62,418 nucleotides of DNA from Chara braunii (GCA_003427395.1 BFEA01000008.1:4861370-4923787); one strand, 5' to 3'. Numbered from the stretch's first letter, positions 11,481 through 24,980 are shown. Program-made: numbers and translations. The notes: generated by a model from the letters alone, not told the origin.

Positions 11481-12767
11481 TAACTTCCTCTGAGGTCTTT
11501 CTGTACCCTCCCTTGCGATTAGACCCACCATTCCTCGCGCAGTTCACATAACCCTCCAGAACCCTCCCTCCCCAGCCCCTCAGCTGTTCTGTTGTGCACG
11601 ACAACTGGCACCACTCTTTCCCGTTGCTAATGATTCGCCCAAGGGTTACTCACAACTTTCCCGTTCTGTTAAGGTATATCCATACTGTCAGTGTAATGAT
11701 GAGACCCATCGTTCCTCGCGTTGCTTCTTGTAACCCTTTTGGACCCTCCCTCTTTAACAGACGCTCCCAACCGCTCAGCTGTCCTGATATCATGAAGAAC
11801 AGGCGCTATTTTTAGTTGCTAATTCATGCAGAAGGTGACATGCAGCTTTCTCATCCTCTTTGTCTGTATTTTCAGAGAGCAGAATAATGCCTTCTGGCGG
11901 CAGTAGAAGCTCTTGTGTGGCAGCTTGTAAAAAGAAGAAACTCTCTCGCTCTCTCTCAACCTCCCTCCGTCTCAATCTGTGCAGCAGCAGTAGCACAATC
12001 ACACATCAAAAAACTATATAGCCTCCAAAACACTACATAATCTCCTTAGATAGTAACGGCTTCCTGCTTCATGTCTGAAAAAGACTCTGAAACAATGCTA
12101 TGACAGTCCCTCCTTGCTGCAGTGTTCTCCCTCTCTAGGCTTTCTCCACCACAGCCAGTGACGCATTGTCCTCCAACCTGCACCAGTAAACAAACCACTA
12201 GCTCGCTCAGGCAAACTTAAAAATGAATGTATACAAGCTATATTTGCGGCCAGATACAGCCAAAAATAAGGGTGCGTTTGTGTTCGGGGGAAGACGGTCG
12301 GCAACGCCACTTTTTTTTCCCCCCCCGATTTTTTCAGATTTTGCAATGTTTGCATTCACCGGTTTTTGGAGTACGTTCACATACTACAGAATGCATACAG
12401 AATGCATTTGCGTTCTTCCCCCCCCCGGACACGAACGAGGTGCTACAAAGGCTCCATGCTTTCAGTAATGCATGGCCTGTAATGGTTTTCGGCAGAAGGT
12501 TCACGGACTTACAGGCCGCTGGAACCAAAAAAATGTGACAACGGGTAGATTCCGGCATCCTGCCAGCATTGCGGCATCCTGCCATCCATTAGCAGACAAG
12601 GCACAACTCGTTAGAGCTCTTGCTTTTCGACTGCTATGGATGGCTACTAGGAGAGAAGGCCTTCCTCTACTTCTGAGGTCTTTCCACACTTCAATCACTG
12701 GCAGGCAATTAGAATTTCGAACAGATATAATGTCAGACTGGGTGAGGTCTGAGACAAACGTTTTCCG

Positions 12768-12805
<38 letters not shown>

Positions 12806-13110
12806 CTTTTCAGGGCAAGTGGTCTTCGAAGTTCAAACTACAAGTGGGTGGGCTTCAGAGCGCATGGTAAATTATTTTAATCTGAGCTCTTGTGGGATCG
12901 TCCTGTCACTGCTCCTAGATCGTCGCCGAATATCCGACAGCCTGAGGGCTGAGAGGGTTTAGCCAGAGGCGAAAGCTGAGCTTACTTCTAGAAAGGATTA
13001 TTCTTGGTTCTATATAAGCGAAGCCCGGTAAAGCTCCCCCGCGGTAGTACCAGGGAGACTGCAGGGACCCGACCTCATCAATACCTTTTCAAGTAATTTA
13101 AGTTTGTTTG

Positions 13111-13150
<40 letters not shown>

Positions 13151-13340
13151 CCATGCTGTAGTTCAGGGGGATGACGAACGGCTCAAATATAGCCCTACAT
13201 AGATGTGCTGCTATAATGCCAATATGTATGTATTCGGGTGAAATTGCCAAGTACCTGGCGCAAACTCAGAGCCATTTATATGTACAATGGTGAAGGATAA
13301 AGGTCAAATCTCCTTTGCTGCTATAATGCCAGTATGGTCT

Positions 13341-13413
13341 GCGGGCCTAGCTCAGCTGGTAAGGCGCAGAAGTTGCATTCAGGAGGTCGTGGGTTCAATC
13401 CCCATTGGCCTCC
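13341..13413 (+). pseudogene. tRNA-Ala(UGC)-like pseudogene or SINE head
   Basis: A box TAGCTCAGCTGG, T-arm gtggg-ttcaatc-cccat and partial acceptor stem; the anticodon stem is broken. Confidence 0.65.
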
Positions 13414-13507
13414 CCTCCAGTCTGCTCCCCCTACGGCAGTCTCTGCTCAATGCTTCTCACATTACCCAACTATGCCACTTGTGGCACCAAGACGAGTGAA
13501 ATAAGAA

Positions 13508-13682
13508 GAAGAAAGTTGATGTGGACCTGGAGAACGCCACATGGCAGCCCATTTGAATACTTCCAGGTATGATCCGGGCACTCCGCCCAGGTTCAAGGCA
13601 CAACTTTGAGTAGACCGGCAATTAGTCTATTATTCAAATGGGCTGCAATGTGGCATTCTCCGGGTCCACATCACCCTTCTTC
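13508..13682. mobile_element. MITE with ~50-bp terminal inverted repeats
   Basis: gatgtggacctggagaacgccacatggcagcccatttgaata versus tattcaaatgggctgcaatgtggcattctccgggtccacatc. Confidence 0.7.
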
Positions 13683-13706
13683 TCATGTGTGCCCCTCATT
13701 CGCATT

Positions 13707-13743
<37 letters not shown>

Positions 13744-13915
13744 GTTCACTTGTGGCAAAGTTCAAACTTCAAACAGGTGATGTGAAGCCTCCCGGTTTTA
13801 CTCACCAAAATCAAATGCACAAAAAGACAAGAATTCGAGCAGCCTCCATCACCAAAATAAAATTCACAAAAAGACCTCGACTAATTTGCACAAGAATACC
13901 ATCTTTTTGTTTTTT

Positions 13916-14068
13916 AACCTCAGGCGGGCGCCGCCTCGGCAGAAGCCTTGGGCGCCACGTGCGTTCAAGGTATCGATGGCTCACGGATTTCTGCAATTCA
14001 CATTGCGTAACACATTTCGCTGCGCTCTTCATCTTTGCTAGCGCCAAGATATTGGTTTGCCAAACCTG
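13916..14068 (-). pseudogene. Isolated, diverged, near full-length 5.8S rRNA copy
   Basis: Minus strand reads GATGAAGAGCGCAGCGAAATG...GTGAATTGCAGAA...CATCGA...TTGAACGCA...CCCAAGGCTTCTGCCGAGG...GCCTGAG. No 18S or 28S is nearby. Confidence 0.88.
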
Positions 14069-14634
14069 AGGGTTTCTGAACATGCCAACCCCCCTGGTTT
14101 CGTGTGCGTCCAGATACATCCACGATCCGGTGATCAGGAACTAAAAATTTGACACTTCGTGGGCCGGAAAAGTCGATTGCAATTTCGTGGCCGCTATTGT
14201 CTTCCCCTGAACATAACGCACCCAAAACATTGATGTATACAAGCTACGTCTCCAGTGCGGTACATCAACATGACGGTGCGTCGTGTTCGGGGGAAGACAG
14301 TAGTACCGACTGGCAGAAACTGTTCCCTTTCCGCCAGGACACCTTGAGGGAGGCGCCGGGAGCCCACAGGGGCCACTAGATGCAAGGCAGTGTTTTCACA
14401 CTGCCACACACTGCAGCCTTGGCTGCCATTTCATGGCCCTTTTCTCATGGCCTGAAGTTGGGAGTGGGGGGAACCACCAACACCATTTGGAACTCTACAG
14501 TAACCGGAGAGGCAAACTGGTGGAAACTGTTGCCTTTCCGCCAGCACTCCTTGGGAGGATCCCACAGCGGCCAGCGGTGACAGTGGCAGTGTTTTCACAT
14601 TGCCACAAACTACAGCCATTGGGCACCTTTACAT

Positions 14635-14667
14635 CTGTCTCTTATACACATCTAGATGTGTATAAGA

Positions 14668-14672
<5 letters not shown>
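14635..14672. other. Nextera junction adapter (artefact)
   Basis: Exact 38-mer. Confidence 0.97.
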
Positions 14673-14725
<53 letters not shown>

Positions 14726-17604
14726 CTTTCTGTCTTGGCAGATTTGAGCGGTTATGATCAGGCTCGTACTAGTGGGCTACTCTTTCTCTGTGGATGGATT
14801 TGTTTTGTCGGTTTGTTTGTTTATACATGGCCTAATTCTTTGCCCTGCTTTGTAGCATGGGCTGTCTTGCCGATGAAGTAATGTCTGTGGGTGGCCACAA
14901 GTTTTTTCTGGGCTGGGAGTTTGGGTTTTTAATTTTTTTTTGGCCACAATATCTCTGCGAGGAGGCTCAGGGAATGTTTGCTGTGGGTGTCATTCCCGCG
15001 GGCTGCTCTTTCGGAACACATGGAAGAATGGGGTGCCTTCTAGTGTGTTTTAAGCAGCAGCGCTCCTGGTGTCGCATGGAGATCTTGTGGAATTTGGCAT
15101 AGTTCTTGCAGTGGCCGTGCTGTAGCGCTAGGACATCATCCGATTCTGCAGGTTGCGCGGCAGGGGGAGGTTCATGACACTCCTCGTGTTGCGTACAGGT
15201 CCTGCGGGTGTATTTCTGATCCGTGGTGGCGTTGTAGGCCGTCGCAGAGGGCTCTACAATGTTTTGGGACCATCGGCATGTGCGCTGGGTGCTTTTTTGT
15301 TAGTGGAGCCTTTTGTGTTATGCTGTTGGGTTTGTTTGATTAAGTTTGTGGTTTTGTGGGCCGATGCGGAGGGCTCTCCAAGTTTTTTTGGGACCTATGG
15401 CGGATGGGGTCGGTGCTTTCTTGCTGGTGGAGTCCTCTGTCTTAGGTGAGTTGCCTTGTGCCCTTCGCCCTTCGCCCTTTTATGGATTATGAAATAAATA
15501 TATGTATATATGTATATATGTACATGTGCAAGTGTGCCGCTTCAGCTGCAAACGGGTGTGTGGGCACTTGGCGCTGAACCACACAAACGTGGCCAACCTT
15601 GCATTTTCTGTTATATATATTGTCTATCTATTCTTTTTCGTTATGGATTGTTTGTTATGATTTCTGGAGGGGGGTGCTTTAACAACACACACACACAACA
15701 CACAACACACACACACACACACACACANGGGGGAGCTGGGGGGCATCACCATCATTGAGAAATGCTTAGTAAACGGAGTAGCAAATTCCCTTTCCGCCAG
15801 GACACCTTGCGGGATCCCACAGGGCCCGCCAGCGGGAAGGACATTGAATTCCAATGTTCTCCCACTGCCACTGCCACTGTCCTCGCCGCTGATGGCCCGT
15901 GGTCCCAGCAGAAAAGGTGGCGGCGGCGCGGGATCTCATTTGAGCCTTACGTGACATCCCCACACTGTTTGGCCCTGGCGGCCTGGCAGTGGGATCCCAC
16001 CCTCAGTACCGGTAGATTCCCTACTGTCTTCACCCAAATAGAATGGCCAGTCATTAGCACTGTATCTACACTGAAGTCACCCTGAATAAGTGAATGGACC
16101 TTCTATACCCCCCCAGAATGCCAAGAATGTAGCCCGTATGATACTAGTTGTTCCATAACATAAAGGCATCTCGTTCGATGAAAAACGCTATGGCATCCGA
16201 AAACATTCAACCTTCCAGCAGCCTCCTGAGCGGCTATATAGTACACACCCTACATTTTCAGGAGTTCGTGATTTTTTTTTTTTGAATTTTGAAGTTGTGC
16301 AGGTGCAAGGCCTTGATAAGCCCCACTGGGCCCTAAATCAGCAAGGTTGGCCGCCCTAAGTGAAGGCGTCCCTAACAAGTGACGAGAGGCCTATTTCGGA
16401 CCTTCAGGCAACTGAGGAAATTCATGGTGCGCTGCTTCAGTTGGTTGAGAGCGCCCAGGCCCAGGCCACCTTTTTCCAATGTATCTGAAGTCGGCCCTGG
16501 GCCAGGCACGCAACATAGAGCAAACAGAGGCTACGGGCAGTTGAACGTGAGCAATCACTTCAGGCCCTGTGCCTGATTCCCTTGGCCTGGGGCTCGGCCA
16601 CTCCGGGCCTACGGGAAGCTTCCGGGCAGGGGCCCATCACAGTCAGCCCACACGCAGCAGGCAGGCCACTTCAATTAGGAAAGAGCCTGGCCCCGGATTG
16701 AGCAGGCACTGGCTGCATGCTGCGCTATTCGCTGGCCAGCGCTCACACGCTCACGCGCTCACGGGCGAGCTGGAAGGAGGCAGCCATAGCCAAGCTGCGC
16801 TGCTGTATGCTGGATGGGGCACATGGTGGTCTTTGGGTGCAGGTGACAACTGTGAGTGGGGGATCGAGGTTGCGAGTGATGCGGGAGACATACCTGGTTC
16901 TTGAGGCGAACAGCACTGGCCGAGATCTGCTTGGACTTCGGGGAGCTGTTGACGTCACCAGCGGCATTGTAGATAGGCTAGATAGGCTCTGCCAATTGTA
17001 GTCTGCGCGCAGAGCACCAGATAGGATGTCGACATTGGTTCTTTGTTGATGATGATGAGACTATTCCAACATTGTCACCTATGAGCTTTTGCTGTGCGCT
17101 TATTTGGTGTGACTCGTGATGCAATTCTGCTTTTGGTTCGATGTCACGACTATCTGGTCTCATGTGCATGATGCTGCTTGGCTCTGAAATTCACTAAAGC
17201 GTTATTAACTAAAACACAACGCCCAGGCAAAAAAGGCAACCCTGAATCTGCCAAGTGCCACTGCGGGTAATGACTTCCACACTAAACTTCCATAATTTTG
17301 AGACGCCCACCATGACACGGGCAGGCAGTGCCAGACACTTCGTCATTCATTGCCTATTTCACGGGCAGGCAGTGCCAGACACTTTGTCATTCATTGCCTA
17401 TTTCACACTAAAAGTGTGTCCCAGCATGAGAAGTTTAACTGCGGATGATAAAATGTCTCAGAGGCCAGCCCGGCTGCTTCACACACGTGGTCCCCTCCAC
17501 TGTGACTTTCGAAACCTTGAGATCCACACTGGCGTTCAGATATTCTGCACTACTATCACATCAAATACAACGACTAAGGGGCTCACCGCACCACTTGCCA
17601 AACA

Positions 17605-17998
17605 CCAACATTTTGAATGTATCTGGACAGCAGCAGGGTCCAAAAACATTACTTCGTTACATTTGATCAGTGGTGCAGCACACCCTACTGAGAGACAGGC
17701 AACACCACCCCGGAAAACCATCCCACCAACATTTTGAATGCATCTGGACAGGAATGCATCTGGACAGCAGCAGGGTCCAAAAATTACTCTGTTTCATTTC
17801 GTCAGTGGCGCAGCACACCCTAAGGACAGAGACAGGCAACACCACCCCCTGTTCCTAACGTTCGAAAAATCACCCCAGGTGTGTGCATTTCACACTGACC
17901 CGACCTCGCCAATCCTCCACCACCCCCTGTTCCTAACGTTCAAAAAAGCACCCCAGGTGTGTGCATTTCACGCTGACACGACCTCGCCAATCCTCCAG
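17605..17998. repeat. Two nested tandem duplications (~125-140 bp and ~79 bp units)
   Basis: atctggacagcagcagggtccaaaaa... twice; caccaccccctgttcctaacgttc... twice. Confidence 0.8.
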
Positions 17999-19639
17999 AA
18001 AGTCCTCAACACACACACACCAGCAGTACAAAAACAAAACCAAACACCCTCACAAGAAAAAAGAACCATGTTTCACCATTACAAACACCTCCCGAAGTCA
18101 TAAACGTAGACAGTCAAACCATCCTGCATCATTCCCACACCTTCCACAGAAGGCAAGAGAGTATAGCCCCTATAGCCCCTATACAAAATGAGTCGGCCCC
18201 CGCTCGGGCATCAACGTTGCACCAGTATTATATTCACGACCGAAGCAGGAGAGGGCCGGCATCGACGAGTTTCATCAGCACTGATTCAGCAGCCCATTAT
18301 TCATTTCGGGCCGCTGAAACTGCCTGCAGACGATACATGGAAGATACTTGTGGTTTAAGACTTGAAGGGCTGCAAGCAGGTTATACCAGAGGAACGTCTT
18401 CCAAATATCTTCTACAGAGTGCACGTATTTAAAAAGCATTTCAACCAGATATTTTCTACAGAATGCATGTATTTACAAAACGTTTCAAATGATCCATACA
18501 CACATCATCATTGTGCACAGGTTTTGATGCGAATACCTAGTCAACAATCAACTGGACTCTTTCTGCTTTGAGCCACAGCCCAGCAGCAACTTCTCCGTCT
18601 CTCTCTTCCCACCACACATAGCTCTCTCCACTCATCGACATCAATCCCAACCCTGATGATCATTTCATCTCTTTACACGGACAGAAATCCATCCCACTTC
18701 CTGTCTCCATCCTCCTTCCAACACTTAAAAATTCAGCATTTGCTAAACACACCTGCACCAGTCTCCGCTGACTAATTTTTCGACTAATTTTTTGAGTCCT
18801 ACAGTCATATAACCCCATCTCATCATTTCTGTCTGTCTATGTGCACATCAGCATCACAGTCTAGTGTAACATTTGCAAACGCTGGTCGCCAGTCTCTCTC
18901 CGCTTGCACACCATAGGCCTCCTATTGCGCACGTGGCAGTTCTGTGTGTTCACCAATCTTCTTCGTGCCCTAACCACACTACACCACCCGTACTTCCAAG
19001 ACGCTTTTCTCCAACCCTGGAAACCCTGCGCCTGCCGTAACCGGTGCAACCAAGCCCCGAGAGTCCCAGCATACAACATATGGAGCCCCCGGCCTACATA
19101 TGGGCCAAGCACTGGTGATTTCACATTATACCGTTATGCTTCTACCATCCAACATTAGCAAGGCCCTCCCCATGGTGGCAGCTCCGTCTCCAAAAGGCTC
19201 TCCCGGAAGAGGACACAATCAAGACACAGCCTCCTCTTCGTTATTAAGGCCGCTGCTTCATCGACAAAAGGCTCTCGACAAGGCGGCTGTTTCATCTGCA
19301 ACAGACTCTTCGAGATGACAAAAAAATACAGCCTTCCCATCTTTTTGATCTCAAAATGTAACCCGGCTAGCAAGTGCAGTACTACCCACCGGTGATTTTT
19401 ACGGTTCAGTGACTTCAGGCTATTCGTAACCACCACGCAATCTACATTTCGCCTCTGTTGAGTGAACCAATGCCCATTCGATTTTTCTATTTCGCGAGAA
19501 GGACAACGTTCTGACCCACAGACTCAGGTCTTGCCGCACAGACACCCACACCCACACAGACAGAGACCAGGCTTGCCTCTCCATACAATCCTTCCTGACA
19601 CTCCAATTCAACATCTCCGACAACTTCCAGGTAGGGAAC

Positions 19640-19975
19640 AACCTTCAAGAGGAGGGTAAAATGGTAATTCAGTGTGAAGTAGGGTGGCTCACTGCACTCG
19701 CACTTCTACTATAGTCTTGCGTATGCAATACTATGCATTAACCTTCAAGAGGAGGGTAAAATGGTAATTCAGTGTGAAGTAGGGTGGCTCACTGCACTCG
19801 CACTTCTACTATGGTCTTGCGTATGCAATACTATGCATTATACAGTCAAACACCTCCTAACCAGTGTGAAGTAGGGTGGCTCACTGCACTCGCAGAGCTA
19901 CTATGGTCTTGCGTATGCATTATGCAGTCAAACACCTCCTAACCCATTTCTCACTGCTATGTGCATTACAGTCAA
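19640..19975. repeat. ~101-bp tandem duplication plus a decayed third copy
   Basis: aaccttcaagaggagggtaaaatgg...ctatgcatt twice. Confidence 0.85.
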
Positions 19976-20200
19976 ACCAGCACCTAACCCGTTTTTACAA
20001 CTATGTGCACCCACGTTACACCTTTTTCACACACCTTCCCCTTCCGTATGTACTGGTTACATTTTTCCTGTCTTGGCGAGACTTTTCTCGCCCTCCTCCT
20101 ACACTTACATGACGTTCAGATGACAGTCAGATTGTCCAGGCTGGCTTTCCCAAAGCCATCCTATCGGTCTAGCATATCTGTACCTGGATCCCACATTCAA

Positions 20201-20485
20201 TCAAGCCACAGGAATGTACAATTTCTTGGAAGCGTACTGGTCATAGTACTCGCAGATCTTGTTCCAGTTGACTACATTCCACCAGGCTGCGAAGTACTCC
20301 GTCTTTCGGTTCTGATACTTGAGGTAGTAGGCATGCTCCCAAACGTCCTGTCCCATGAAGGGTATAATCTTTCTTCCGTTCGTGCCTGGCACCCGATCAC
20401 CAGTGGCAGTATTTTGGCTCAGCACAACTCCGTCCATCAATGGATTATCCTGATTAGCCGTTGTCTCGATTGACAATCTTCCATC
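20201..20485 (-). CDS. MSD: Mn superoxide dismutase, exon 4 (last)
   Basis: CAG acceptor; [17 protein letters not shown]...[14 protein letters not shown]...WWNVVNW...stop; contains the DxWEHAYY metal ligands. Confidence 0.95.
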   Translation of the reverse strand, partial: DGRLSIETTANQDNPLMDGVVLSQNTATGDRVPGTNGRKIIPFMGQDVWEHAYYLKYQNRKTEYFAAWWNVVNWNKICEYYDQYASKKLYIPVA

Positions 20486-20510
20486 CTGCTCACACACACA
20501 CACATGCCAG

Positions 20511-20566
<56 letters not shown>

Positions 20567-20584
20567 AACACACACACATGCTAG

Positions 20585-20622
<38 letters not shown>

Positions 20623-20954
20623 AGAACACACACACTAGCACGCACACACACACACGCTAGAACACAGACACACTAGCACGCACACACACACACACACACA
20701 GACACATGCTAGCGCACACGCACACACACACACGCTAGAACACAGACACATGCTAGCTAGCTAGCACACACACACAAACAGGAACAATCAAACATTTGTG
20801 ACAGACAAGACAAATGCATCATTTAGTGGAAGGCATTTCGAAACAGCTAACAGAGAAGGAGAAACACATTCATCATGACACACAACCGATCAGCTCGTGA
20901 GCCTCCCGTGTCCTATCGGTTCAACATGTCTTGTCATCATTACTTTCCTGCCAC

Positions 20955-21295
20955 ACATCAACCCACATCCGACTCTTCGCATGATCAGTTCAGTCCACCA
21001 CATCCACCTCTTCGCACGATCAGTTCAGTCCACCACGTCATTGTTACTTTCCCACCACACCCACATCCAACTCTTCACGCACCAGTCCACCACATCCACC
21101 TCTTCGCACGATAAGTTCAGTCCACCACGTCATTGTTACTTTCCCACCACACCAACATCCAACTCTTCGCGCACCAGTCCACCACATCCACCTCTTCGCA
21201 CGATCAGTTCAGTCCACCACGTCATTGTTACTTTCCCACCACACCCACATCCAACTCTTCGCGCACCACCCATCAACCTACATCCAACTCTTCCT
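20955..21295. repeat. Intronic compound tandem repeat (~109-bp higher-order unit)
   Basis: cagtccaccacatccacctcttcgcacgat / cagtccaccacgtcattgttactttcc repeated about 3 times. Confidence 0.85.
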
Positions 21296-22120
21296 GAAAA
21301 CCCACCTCCTCAACCTTGGAACTCCAATCAACAACGTCCACAAAACAACAGCACCACCACAAAGCCGGTGCAGAGCAGTGAATAAGCTTGGCCCTCAGTG
21401 CTAGCACTAAGCCATCTGGGGGAAGGGGCCGCCAGGGCTGGGGAGGTAGAGCCAGTACTAAGTCATCAACCAGAAACTGTCCCGCCTTCTCTCCCAACCT
21501 CTACACCTCCAGCACCCCTCATTTCACTATATCCACTTCGGCACGCACCTCAGCCACAGAACGCATGACACGGTATCAACCCGGCATGACACGGTACATG
21601 TTACAACTGTCTCTTCTTCTGTCGCCTACCCACTTCCGCAAGCACCTCAGCCACAGAACGCACAAGAATCAGCACACAGCAGATCAAGCATTCGCATCTT
21701 CGCTCCAGGCAATCTACATAGCAGAGCAGAACAGTCTCAGCACCCTTCTCTCACATACATAAAATCACATGAACAAGGTAGTGTCAATCACTGGTGCACA
21801 TAATCCATAATGGCATTCCACTGTTCTTAGCATTCAAGTAACTGTCCTCACTGTTGATGCCCTTCAGCTGGTGATTGGCCTACATGGCAGTCATGAACGC
21901 TTCATATTGGCACTTTAGCCTAGCCTTAATCCGGTAATTGGCCAATGTGGCCTAACTCATGGTCAATCATACTCGTGCATACGACGAATCACCATGATTG
22001 CCTTGTCATCACTTGCTGATTTTGAAGCCCCCTCCTTCACATGAGTCTTCAGCGTCTCACGAGCTATAGCTGATTATTTGTGGGCATAGCATCATTCACT
22101 CCAAAATTTAGGAATTTAAA

Positions 22121-22240
22121 CCACCAATACCCCAGGGGGCCCGAGCGGGTGTTAAACCCCTCTGGGTAGACTCTGGGGCAAATGCATGTCACAGTGGACC
22201 TGCGCGGCGCACAGCCTAAAAACGTGGAGGTACCTGGTGG
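22121..22240. mobile_element. MITE with CCACCAG(G)TACC termini between TTTAAA flanks
   Basis: tttaaa|ccaccaatacc ... ggtacctggtgg|tttaaa; relatives at 43762-44371 and 28198-28223. Confidence 0.6.
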
Positions 22241-22985
22241 TTTAAAAACCTTTCATTGAATGAATAAATGAATGAAAGGCTTCAAACTCCACAAGCCTGA
22301 TTGGCAACACGATGCTTCATCGGGATCTTTCCCCCCCCCTTATCGTCGTTAATGTACAATCAAGGGGAGCAGAGAAAAGCCGTCAGCCTCATCCTCCTCC
22401 ACTTACGATAAAGGCCATAGGGGAAAAGGTGCTCATGCGACGGACCTCCAAGCAATCCACAGCATGAACAACTGAAGCACCCTGCAGTTTAAAAATCGGA
22501 GCGATGCATAGAGAGGAGAAATGTCATGTCCAGATAAATGTCATTCTGGACATGGAGGCAGGAGATCAGCTCCTCCCCTGCACAAAGATGTCAGGCACAT
22601 TTCCATAAATACACCAAAAAGTGGCAAAAATATGAAAAAATAAACAAACAACTAGGAATCTGTATGCATGGTTAGGCCACCACATTGAGACCCTACCTCA
22701 GCGACCTGCAGTCTTCACGCGAATAGAACGCCCAGTCATCGCTCGCTGATTCTATAACCGGACATTCTGTTCTGGTGAAGACGATAGCCACACCCATACA
22801 CAGCCAAACACTCCTCTGGAATCGGTCCAAGGACCCGAAAGATATTATGGATGTCACCCAGAGGGCTGCCGATCAACGACCCCTGCGAGTCATGCATGCA
22901 TACACTACCTCGGCAACACTTAGCCACACACATGCAGATCCAAATACTCCAGCACAGGAAGTAATCAGAAGACCACATAACCAAA

Positions 22986-23035
22986 GCGGGCTAGCTCAGT
23001 TGGTATTCAGGAGGTTGTGGGTTCAATTCCCCACG
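22986..23035 (+). pseudogene. tRNA-derived SINE-like head, anticodon arm deleted; same family as 13341
   Basis: gcggg-ctagctcag-tggta-ttcaggaggt-gtgggttcaat-cccca is shared. Confidence 0.6.
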
Positions 23036-23576
23036 TCATCCATTTGATCCCCGCGACCCCCGTGTGTGATAAGCCTTCGGGTTCACCACCAGAGATAACT
23101 GGATTGGGCCTCCTGGCTGGTTATTGGAAAGCGCTTCGCTTTCCGGCTCGACCAGGGATTAGGAGCCAGGGTACTGCTCGCTCCCCACATAGAGCAGACA
23201 TCAGAATCTAGCCCATAACCCTCAACACACCATGCTGAGAAAACGATGTATGTACGCAGGTAGGTAGTGGGATGTATATCGAGAGAAAAATATAGACCCC
23301 GCATAGAGAAGAGGTCAGAATCTAGCCCATAACCCTTGACACACCATGCTGAGAAAATTACATATATAGGTAGGTAGGTAGTGGGAGGCATACTGAGAGA
23401 AAAATATACAGTAGCAGCTCCGTAGCTAAAAAAAGAAGACCCTATATAAACAGAAATAGAAAACACAATGACACATAGAACAATGTCCAGAATGTTGTAG
23501 TGGGGGAGGGAAAACACGGCAAGAGAGAGAGAGTAGTGGGGGAGGGAAATCACGGCAAGAGAGAGAAACACTTTAC

Positions 23577-23770
23577 CTCGGCAACACCCAACCACACCCA
23601 TCCAGATCCAAACACTCCAGCACATGCGTTGTTGAAGGCCGTCTGGAATTGATCGAAAGACCCAAAATTTTTGTCGATGGCTGCCTGAAGGTTACCCGTC
23701 GGCTTGGTGATGGATGACCCCTTTGGGGCCATGTACGTCCAGAACAGTGTGTGGTTGTAATGACCTCCAC
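23577..23770 (-). CDS. MSD: Mn superoxide dismutase, exon 3
   Basis: TAG acceptor and GTAAAG donor; (C)GGHYNHTLFW...FGSFDQF...FGSGWVWLGVAE. Confidence 0.95.
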
Positions 23771-24727
23771 CTAAACACAACACACCAATGGAGATAATAT
23801 GTCACGAGTGATGAAAAAGACATAAACTGAAATTAATGGGAAAGACACCACAAAAAGTTAGCACCACCCAAACACAAAGGGAAAGGGAAAGACAAAAATA
23901 GGACCACACAAACAAACATGCGATCAATAAAGGCTGTAATGTTTCACCGCTGACTTGAACGAAACCCCCTCCCTCATCTCCTAGGCTAGAACCCATCTGT
24001 ACACCCTCCCTCATCTCCCAGCCGTGCACCCTCCCTCATCTCCTAGGCTAGAACCCAGCCGTGCACCCTCCCTCATCTCCGACGCTACTTGGCTCACCCG
24101 GCCATGCAGCACGGCCTCCGGCCATGGCAAGCCCCTGAGGTTAACACAGGGCACCCGATGCAGGCGAAATTCAGCCCTTCTGTTTCTTCTTTTTCTTTTT
24201 TAACAGCTGGGAGCTTTTCTGCGTGCCCAGAGGAGCCCCAAAGCCAGGCACTTTTCTCTTTTCAAGCTCCGGATGTCAAGGGAAGGGGGGAGAGGGGTGT
24301 GAACGGCTTTTCTCTTTGCAAGCTCTGGCTGTGTGTGAACCAGTTACTACAGGGCTAAACGGGTTTAAAGTGCCTTACGTATGATTCAGTTGTTATCTTT
24401 CCTATATTCGATGACACGAGTGGTTCTGATGTCACCCTCAGCCAACAGTCGTTTCAAATTGTATTGCAATCCTCCACAACTTCTCTTTTAAATTTGGAAT
24501 TCTGAATTTTCAGATTTGTTCTTCTCATTCTGTTTTTGGCGATCAGACTACCAGGAACCCTGCCCGGGTTCCTGCCCGGTCGGGCAGCCTGGCGTTTATC
24601 CAGGCACAAGTTAGATGCGACACCCTGACAAACAGCCTTCGCAGTGATCTCATCATTTTCCCCTTTCTTTCAGCCAGGAAAGTCGCCAGTCAGCTTTGGC
24701 ATCAATGAGCTCGGTGGGGGTACATAC

Positions 24728-24775
<48 letters not shown>

Positions 24776-24780
24776 TAGAN

Positions 24781-24849
<69 letters not shown>

Positions 24850-24980
24850 CCTCACGGAAGCATGGAAAAATGCACCACTATCTTTTGTCTTTTACGCATT
24901 TAGCGACTACTGCAGCAAAAGTACAGAGAGGCAAACACCCTTCCAAGTTCTTCGACACAAAAAATCAAAAAATACTTAAC

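Noticed and set aside
9930-11800. Possible decayed LINE ORF2 on the - strand
   Set aside because: No convincing RT, endonuclease or zinc-finger motif could be read
12530-13085. Short motifs reminiscent of group I intron, RNase P or LSU rRNA
   Set aside because: Matches are short and in the wrong order, with no consistent fold
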